Assembly (NCBI RefSeq): GCF_036321535.1
Contig: NC_087472.1
Coordinates: 98,520,001 to 98,584,000 of the forward strand
Length of the DNA: 64,000 nucleotides
Direction: 5' to 3'
From: Camelus dromedarius
Taxonomy: Eukaryota
The notes below the pieces were generated by a model. It was not told the DNA's origin. It did no database searches and saw only the letters and a list, made by a program, of their open reading frames with translations. A program made the position numbers and the translations under genes. How positions within the stretch are numbered: the stretch's first letter is position 1; every line of letters begins with the position of its first letter. Shown here piece after piece: positions 53,520 through 64,000 of this stretch.

Positions 53520-56500
53520 TTATCATTTTAAAATGATCTATTTCTGCAAAGTTTTTGAACTTGGCTGAAATCAAGAAGCATGTTATTTAGCACATGAATA
53601 GTCCTTTTAATCTCCAAAAACAAATAATTTATTTAGAGGTATTCACTTAGTTCCTAACTCACCTTATTGTACAGCATAACCACGTAACTATTTGTAAGGT
53701 AATAGTATCATGTAGTGTTTCGTAATGGGAAGATTTATCTCACAGTCAGAAACTTTTTTACATTAAATTTGCTTTGTTAGAATCCCACCTTTGAAAGAAA
53801 GATAATAAAGAGTAACTTTCAGAAGAATTAGTTCACTCACATCCTGATTGATACACAAGAAAGATACTTCAGATCTTTTCCCAAAAAAGATATACCATAC
53901 TCCTAAGTTAGTAGAATGTCACAGATTCTCAGAAAAGGTTACAAAAATGGAGTATGAAAAGTTAATATGAGAGAGTATTTTCTAGGAAAGTGTACTTTCT
54001 CTGTAAATGTAAACACAACTGTCTTCTCAAAGTCATTTTATGGTACATCTTCAAAAGTATGGTGATTAGTGTGACATAATCATTTCACTTTCCATAGGCA
54101 TACACATATATCATTCTTTAAAATAATCTTCAGTTGCATACCTATAGATCTCATTTTCAAGCCTGCATTTAAGAATTAAGTAAGTTTTTTAAAAAATTAA
54201 GATACTCTATATACTGAATTAAGCAATACATCAGGATGCATTAATTTAAGAGCATTCCCAATCCTAAGCTTCACAGCATTTGGAAATGATACTGTGGTTT
54301 GAGAAATTATTCTAAAGTGAAATTAAAATTCACAAATTTTCATGTTTATCTTACAGATCTTACCGACTAGCTACATATACAATAACATAATAAAAATAAG
54401 AATTTCAATGCAATCACAAACACAAAAATAATGATCACAGAATGAACTGTTATCTTCACATGACAAGATGTTTCCATTTTAGCCAGTATGAAAACACCTT
54501 TGGCATATCTATATAGATCCATAGTTCTATTATTTTCACATGTATGCTGGGCACTCAAAATATGGCATAGTACAACTATTTTATATTATGACAATACTTT
54601 TGTACAGATAAACAAAATTTGCTCAAAAAGCCAAGCATAAATACAATGTACAATGTAGGTCACTGGGGCAGGCTACATAATTTATGACTCAGTTCACGGT
54701 TTTAGACCTTCCTTTTTACACAGCTCACCTTAATAGCTTGAAATCACACATCCTGCCAAAATGACGGTTAACTTTTAATCTATGTGAAATAGAAATTAAA
54801 GAGAGAGAGAAGGGAAAAATAATTGATAATTTATTTTGGGACTCTATAATATTCTATTTCATATGATGTAAAAAAAAGAAAGTTTACATGTTGAGGAATT
54901 TTGATTTATTTTAAAAATACACAGTAAAACACTATTATGTTTATGCTGATTTTGGTGTAGTGTCCAGTCAAACTATGCGTGTCTTTTAGAAACAAAAATC
55001 CTCGCAATGGGAAATACTGAGATTAACAGGTAATCAGGAGTTACCTGCACAGATGAACACGATGAAACCTGAGGAAATAAAGAATTATATTCTAAGGATG
55101 TGCCTCTACAACAGATCTTTGAGTAATAGATTCTTGAGATCAAGTGTTTAGACACTGTGATGTGACTCTGCTTATAACTGTTTTCTCTCTTTCAGGACAT
55201 TTTGGTGTTAAATACACATGATACTGAACAGTAAGTCTGATGAAAATTTCATCATTATAGAAATGTAAAGAAAACATTCATTACACAGTACATTATATTC
55301 CAAAACTTTCTATAACAGATGCACTGTGAGGGAAAAACTTATATTCAGTATGTTTTTTAAATGCTCTAGTATTACTCTTATTTTAAACTAACCTAATACT
55401 ACAAGTAAACATAAAAATGAGCATTAAAAAATAATCAGCTTAAAATTTTATTCTCGTTCCTCTTTTTTAGGGTCACTGCTACTGTTTTGTTTATTTTACC
55501 ATCTACAGAACTAAAGATAATTTTTCTTGGTATGTACCTCTCCCTGCCCTCCCCAAAGAGGAAGGAAGAAAGGAAAAAAGGAGAAGTAGTAGTCAATGGT
55601 TACCAGAATATTTTAAGTACCTCTGAAGTGTGAGGTAAGGACCAACAAAATTTTTTATTCTATTACTACGATTGTCTATTTAGCATACTTGTGCTTTTTC
55701 CCTTTCAGGGAATTTAAATATTAGCCATGTCAATGTCCTTCAAATTGCTAATTTCTCTAGGTTTCTGTTTTCAGCAAGGAGTTGCTATTAAGGTCCTCAG
55801 TTAACATTAATAGCTAAATTGGCAAAAACAGAAGAATAAGACTCTTAGATATACTTAAATAGATAACAGGTTTGATTGTCCCAGCTGGTTCAATTAATTG
55901 AAGTGGCTGGAAAAAACAACTTGCTCTTTCAGAGAAAAGAGAAACTAGTCAATTCTGTTGTTTAACTCCACTGGCTAGTTGTTTTATTCATATAAAACAT
56001 TTCAATTGTTTTATCGTGTAGATATCATCCAGTTAATCAGTATGCCTTGTACCAAGTAAAACACATGGTAAATATTAAATATATTCAGTATATTTTTGTC
56101 TACCAATTGTACTATTTTCGTCAAGCTAATCCAAGCTAAAAAGTAGAGATTATTCTTGAGAATCTCATTTACAAAAAGACATTAAGCAATGGAAAAATAA
56201 AGTATGGTAAAATAGAAGCTTCATGGGAAAATGGAAACAGCTACTTAACCCAAAAGGAAGTCTCTGTGATAGTTTAAAATTAAAATCTCTTAAAAATGTT
56301 CCAACTTTGGACAAGAATTGAAAGGGTACAAAATTAAATGACTAAAAGAATGAAAAAGGCGTTAAAGAACATTAGAAAGATAGGTAAAATGTGACTAAAT
56401 CAAGCACAGAATAAATGATGCTATTAGGTGAAATTATCAGTGAGAAATTTCTAGTTGTAACAAGTGACATTAAAATTACACCTACTTCCAATAACCATAT

Positions 56501-59500
56501 AAGTATGTGAAAATACAAAAGATGTGACAAATACAGCTTCCCTCAAATCAAAAAGGGAGTTCTCTCAGCATTTAATCCAAAATTTAATAGACATATTCCT
56601 TCCTTTCAGAAAAAATACCTAAAGATGTGAGTATAATAATACAGAAGGATAGTTTCTCCTAACTTGGCAACATTTACCTTTAATTACTTATCTATAATAT
56701 AGTATAAGAAAAGTAGTTACCATTGTACTGTAAAGAATTTCCAATTTAAGGAAAAAGAGTAGAAATAAAGGGCAATATTTTTAAATTTTACCATCTGGTC
56801 ATTTTGATTCTTTTTCTTATACTGGTAAAATCTGCATTGGAAGACAATTAAGAACTATCATCACTTATGGATAACATATAAGGGTGTTTTAAGACTGCAT
56901 CTTGTTACTCAAGTAAGCATGAAGCTTCAGTCTAACTTGATCCATGAAGGTATGCAATCAAGTATGACATGGATTCATTTTGGCTTCTATTCAAATGGGT
57001 CTATTTCCTGGAAGGCCCTTTTCATAAAGTTTATTTTTCATATTTAAATGGTCCTACTGACATAAAGCTTTCCTTCTACAAATTCAGAGAGGTTCCAACA
57101 GGGAAACATATTTTGCATATATCTTATTACTCTTCTAAAAAAGTCTATAATAGATTTTGGGGGGCACTGGCATGAATCTCTTAAAATATCCAAATCTTAA
57201 ATAAAATTATCATATGCATCTCTTCAAATATACATTTATAACCTTAGGTCAATTAATGATAACTTACTACTGTCAACAGGACTCAGAAATCTATTAGGTA
57301 AAACGTACACATACATTTTTAATTGTCAATTTGAACTATATAAATACCTTCAAATTGTATCCCACAATACGGTACGGCACAAATTTTCCTGAATCACGAG
57401 TGATGACTTTAGTAAGAATATCCTACTCATCCAGTTTAAACATCATTGGAAAACTGTGATTATTGTAAAATAAATTTTTCAGCTTTTGTAAGGGATTACT
57501 GAAATCTTACTATAAATACTCTGATGGCCCAGGTCTTTTCCTTGTGTCCCCAATTTTAACGTATCTCAGGTAAATGAGCGCATCTGGAAGGTACCTATGT
57601 CTTACCTACAGTAAAATCCTATGGTCTTAAAGTCTATGAGAAAAGAACACTTATACTTAAGAAACTACATTTGATGTTAAAGGTTTTACTTGAAACATTT
57701 TACATTTCAACAACTCTTGGTAAGCATATCTTAAGTTGCTCCTCTGGTTAAGTGACCCAGCTTTCATAGAGCTATATAAAGTCTTGAGTGAAGCCAATAA
57801 CATAAACACAGCCTCAATGTTAAAGATTTAAACAGTGTATTACACATTAGGTAGTTATCTCTAAAATTCACTAATGCAAAGATCACAAAGAGTTTGCTTT
57901 GCCTTCCAGGGGGAAAATACTCATTGAAATATGAACGATTACATCAAGTATAAAACCTGGCCATTTATTTTATTCATGCTTGTGCTTACAGACTCAAGTG
58001 GATCACAATACCCCATTATTCTAGCATAGAACATTCACACAAGTCCTTACTCAGTTCAAACACATTTTTATTATAATTCTCAATACAAGTACCAGAATAT
58101 TGTTTTACGTTAGCAACTCTGAACTATCTAAACAAATGCTCCAGAGAAAATGTATTCTGGATTTTGGGAGGCAAGACGTTGCATACAATCTTGTAAGTCT
58201 CTCAATCATATAAACAATGTTAGATCTAACTTGAAAAATTGTTGGGTGTAATTTTTCCTGGGTAAGCTTCTCTTAAGTAGAAAATTATTTGAAAAGAACC
58301 TAAGCAAGAAAAACACATGTATTCAAAATTTTCCCCCTCTTAGTTCTTTCACAGCATTTTCTAGAATCCAAATTTATAAATACAAAAGATTTGAGTCTTC
58401 TTTTTAAAGCATGTAATCTTCCCTTTCCTATCAGACTACAAAGAAAACAAACATTTTCTTCCGACCACAGATTTGATCAGAAAACTGTATCTATATAGGT
58501 TAAAAATAGATGTACGTGCATAAAAATATGTATGCAGTTACACAATATACAACTAATACAGACTTTATAGAGCTGGATTACAAAATGGCTTTTTTGACTT
58601 AATCATCAATATTTGTGCGTTGTACTGAGACTACCACTAGTATATTTATTCTTATGATGTCCAGTCTTACTGGCATAGTTAATACTGCAACATTAAAACT
58701 GGACTTCCAATTTTTTCAATTCATAGTAAACATCATTTTTAGGATATTAACTAAAGAATAGGAAGCTAAAGAATAAACTACAAAATAATTTAACATTTTG
58801 AAAGCATTTGGCTGAAAAACACAAATGTGATTTAGATCCTTTAATTAATTTGCTTAAACTTTGGTGAACAAAAATTTGATGTGACAACTGCTTGCAGCTA
58901 TTTACTAATTTGAGCATGTAAAACATATAATTGTTTCTGTCTCCCAGTCAGCATGATTACATTTTTAGGTAAAACTTATTTTCTTCTGTAGTGTCATATC
59001 TAATATTAGTTATCTTCCTCTACAAAACATGCTTTCAAAACAAAGCTCTCAGAGACATAGAAACTTTGCTACTAATGGTTTTTTTCAGTCATCCCAACCC
59101 ATAACTTTGATATTAAATAAATTTTATTATTGCTTATGTTTTCTGATTTTTATAGAATGACTTCAACCATTCATATGTGTATGCATTTGAAATGTAACAT
59201 AATCAATTAGTGTTTTTCAGTTGTTACACCAGTTGAGACAAAATCAACTACTATGACTACTTGCCTTCCACTTCTTTTTCTGTTCAAATGTATTTAATTT
59301 AAATATCCTGTAAAAATGGCATCAAGGTAATGCTAAGCAATAAAATTTAAAAAGAAAAGCACAAAACCACACCAGAAACTATCACATCCATATAAGAGAT
59401 TTATGGATTAGAATACAGTTTAGGAACAATTCTAATGATACAAGCTTGATGTTATTTTATATGAAAATGTGTTTAATGAAATGTGTATCAGTACACTGAA

Positions 59501-62500
59501 TCCAAGCACTAATTTTAGTGATTATTTCTGAGAAGCTTCTCACCAAAAAGGTGGGTCCCTAAATGTATTAAAAAATTGCTGATTCTCAGTGATGATTTCA
59601 ATCAACATTCTTGTCAGTGTCCAGCTAATTCTCCCATACATCTCTTGTAAGAAGAAAATGACACCACCCATGCAAGCTTGTGACCTAAGCATGCTAACTT
59701 AAACAAATATCAAAAAATATACCTTCAGGCTTACCCATAATTCCCTGGGATTTTTTTCATCGAATTGAAAGAACTTGACTATAAGCAATCACCATGCTTA
59801 CCAAAATCCAGGATGTTTGTAGAGAGTGCTACTAAGGACTGGTTTTAAAAACAGCTCTCAGAAAGCAAGGAATCCCTGGTTTGCTGTATTAGAATAAAAG
59901 ATTCTACCTCAGGCAAAACATCTCTACTATAATATAAATGGGTGCAGATGACAACAGACTTCAATTCCAGGTTAAATCTGCTTATATTATTTGACTAAGA
60001 TATCTTTAAGTCTTTCAGTTCTATTGCAAAATGTTTGAGAAATCAGGAATTTAACAAAAAAGCCGCCAAATTTCATGAAATGTACTAATGAAATTGCTCT
60101 GTGAGCATGAAGTTGAATTGTATGCTTTTGCTTATTTGGCTATAATTCCATGAATGATTTTCATGGAATCCAAATCAAAATTCATCATTGCAGTTGATTA
60201 ATAACGGAAGTTACTATTCATTTTAAATACTTTGAGAAATAAAACTAATTTCACTAAAACATGATATTCCTTAAAAACCTTCTACCTTAGGGTAGATAAG
60301 TTTATATTTTATTTGTGGAGGTACAAATTATTTCCTTTTTATTTTAAAAAATAATTATTCCTTTGTTAGAATAAAGTTTTTTTTTTAGATGTATGTATTA
60401 GTGTCTATCTCCACACTATACAAACTTTGTCACATTTTATCTGAAAAGGCTAGTAGGTAAATTATGCCTGGTATAGTATAAAAGAAAGATTAAACAGACA
60501 TATTGAGGTTAAATAAATGCCACAGATTTTCTTTTCGTAACCTCTATTTCAAGTAATTCTTAGTAGAATATTGGTATACCCCAATTTAAAAAAGAAATAA
60601 CTTGGTGCCCAGACACTCAGGTTTGAACACTGAAGATTTATACTTAGGTGAGTTAATGGGCAGTTTAGCTCCAACATATTTGTACAAATACTAGAAGCAG
60701 GAGTACAATAAGAATGGTACTTATGTCTGTACAGAGGATTGTTACTACATTAAGCACTTATGTTTCACATCCAAGGTCCTTTCTCAGCTACTAGGAAAAA
60801 TGTGTGGCCTCAGGCAATGTCACAAAGAATCCAGAACTACCTGTAAGACTTTCTTATCCTACTATTTCTTTGACTTTTCTCCCTCTGAAAGCAGTCTACT
60901 TTCAATCTCCTGATCCTGGAACCCTCAGGTTTTTCACATCTTTGGTGGTATCAAAATCTACATTCTCTAAAAATTCTGACCATTATGCTTCTGGTGTTTT
61001 TGCATTTTAGCACAGGCCAAAGCCATAAGATCAAAAAAGAACTCTGTAACGGTACAATTTCAGGTCTTTAAAATAGATTCCAGGGAGATTTGGTGGTGGT
61101 GGTGTGGTATGTTAGAGGACTTAGCCATTGTCCTTACTCCTAACACTTTGTTTTACCACCACTTGGAAGTATTTAATTAAAACTACTACTCTTCCTTCTA
61201 CTCTGTACAAAGCCAATTTTCAAAGAAGTTTAAAGTAGGTTTTTCCCCCCTGCCTCCCCTGCTGATAGTATTGTTTATCTATAAGGGGTTAAGCTTGCAC
61301 AATACGTTTCAGGTAAACTAAGTACAGTTGAAATAACAAATTTACAAAAATGTTGATACATATAAGCGCTATGTGTCGATTTTCTCTTTTTCTGATTTCC
61401 GCATTCTGAAAAAGCAAATTTACAAATATACTCAGAGTAACTGAACAGGCAATGAGGAATAAATATAATTAGTGATCTGATAAGGCACAGCTCTTGGCAT
61501 TTAGGAACCTAGAAACAGTGCCTTAAACATCCATTGTAATTCTAATTAAGGAATGATGTATGGTAACTTAAAAAATTAAAGTCTTTGTTCTCTAGCTTTA
61601 CATATATACACCAAATATATTTGTACCAAAAAAGAAATGTTGATCTTCCTATTATGCCAGCATTTTAAATACAAGTGATTCTTAGCTAGATACTGTCATT
61701 ACCTTAATTCTCCCGTTTGTGCTTGTGGAAAAGAATCTAAAACTGGACCAAATTATCAGTTTATTTTCTAGAGGTATTTCCTCAAATAGAGTTCATGAAT
61801 CAACAAGAAACTAGTGTCTTTTTGATGTTCAACATGAAACAGAAGGAACTAGAGAGAAGTTGTTAAGTTTAACCACACGTATAGAGAAGAAAACCTAATG
61901 GCTGAAAAGTGTAGGTCTCTTCTTCAAGGTTCCCACCTCTCAGACTCTGAAGAAGGATCTTTGGGGAAGACATGTCAATAGAAAACTATAGAGTGGAACA
62001 ACAAAGCAACTTATAATGCAGCGAGAAAATAAAATGATGTGATGGGAAAGTCTGATCTGCTAATCTATGAATTAATGAGTCAAACACTGAGCTCTGAACT
62101 TTAATGATCATGAAAAATATTTCATAATAAATATATACTGCAAGTCAAATGTATTTGGACATACTAAAATAGTTTTACATATATTTATTTGAAAAATAGA
62201 TTCACATTAAAAATTTAAAGAACCTAACAGAACATTTTTGTATGTTTTTATGTTATTTAAGTATAATGCAACTTTGAGGTCAATAAGTAGGAAAGCTTTG
62301 AACAATGAGAAATCATTATAATCTATAATACTATTCATGTGTGAAGAATTTGGGATTTCAGGGAAAAATGTCTAATAATGGTATAAAGTACTAATACAGA
62401 ATTTAATAATAATTTACATAGCAGTGATAACAATGGCATTTTTATATACTGCTTTTCTTTCTGTTCTTTCAATATGAACAATGGGCAATGGTTTATTTCA

Positions 62501-63179
62501 ATTGGCAATTCAAATTTTTAAAAATTAAACTTCTATAAAAGGTAATGGTCTCCTATTTCAAAAATGTGAGTTTTGTAAAGAACAAAAATTTCTTCTATGA
62601 TGTGTTTAAAGATTATATCCTGACTGAAATGGGAGAAAATGTATTACTTCTTGTCTTTCATCATTCAGAATATTTTTATAACTTCCTAGATACCTCTAGT
62701 TCTAAATGAAAGTTAACTTTAAAGTGGTGTTTCATGTTGAAGAAAAATGCAGGAATTCTAACGCAATAATTTCCCTATTTTTGCCACCATACATGGTGGA
62801 AAAGAGAAAAACAATCAGTCAGGAAGAATGTAATAGGTACATTTTAATCACTGTCTAAACTTTTTTACCTACTGTTTATCAACAACTATTCTTATCTTAT
62901 GTCCTTATTTAAAATAATTGTATAAACTGGCATCTAGTTTCTTCAAGAAGTATATTCGGATATAAATTTTAAATAGAAGACTACATCATAAAATGAAACT
63001 TCTCACTTTCATTTCTATCCATATTTTGGCTTAAAATAATTTGTGTTTTTTTTGGAATTATGCTTTAAATATTTATAAATGACAATTTGAATGATTAAAT
63101 TTATCATTTGGGTTTTAGTTATTGTAACTTTCAGATTTCATCACAATTAAGCCTATTAGGATAAGCTGTGAAGAGATCA

Positions 63180-63509
<330 letters not shown>

Positions 63510-64000
63510 TTAATGTTCTCCCCCTTTAATAAGATTAGTTAGAAAAAAAAAGAAAATCACATAATTGGTGTACCATCCTATCAATTTTCAGGAGTTATAT
63601 ACTCAAGTAAGAAATTTTATTTTTGAATTGATTAACCATGTTATTGCTTTAGAGTCCATATCATTATGAGATAACATAATGGACATTTACCACGCCAAAG
63701 CAGAGACTAAAATGGTATCCTACCAATGGAGTAATTTAGAATTTAAAGAAATTATGTCATCATTAATGCTGCACAAGGTCTAGATACACGCTCTGTTCAC
63801 AAGCACAATTTAAAAATCCACATGCCTGAACACAAGGATTTGGCAACATCCTGAGCTTACAATCTATACCACATGCTTTCTCATCACCATCTTTTAGACA
63901 TATGTGGTACAAGTGTCTTCTAAGTTAGACTGACATTATACTACCAGTAGCTAGTCCTGACACACCAAGGCAATATTCTGATGTATGGAAGACAGCATCA

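Overview
AT-rich, CpG-poor mammalian genomic DNA. It lies wholly inside one minus-strand gene, CNKSR2 (connector enhancer of kinase suppressor of Ras 2). I resolved ten consecutive GT-AG coding exons (147, 134, 212, 90, 215, 49, 173, 74, 72 and 68 nt; 1234 nt in total). They splice into one uninterrupted frame running from the end of the PDZ domain, through the proline-rich and central region, to the end of the PH domain. From memory of the human gene these are exons 9-18; both gene ends lie outside the window. The introns carry old eutherian repeats (MIR, L2, L1M, CR1/L3, MER20, MER58 and other hAT elements, MER21 and ERVL LTRs). I recognised no Alu, B1/B2, Bov or Can SINEs, and two small fragments hint at a camelid. 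I found no RNA genes, CRISPR arrays or other new multi-gene system. The most notable signals are: (1) several small extra exons with good splice sites whose length and phase fit their host intron (24, 36 and 39 nt in frame, plus stop-containing poison candidates); (2) a very recent multi-switch templated insertion at 42.1-42.4 kb; (3) an old ~290-bp intronic duplication 9.4 kb apart; (4) an in-frame extension of exon 14 broken by a single TAG. Exon numbers and repeat family names come from recall and by-eye matching, and repeat boundaries are approximate.
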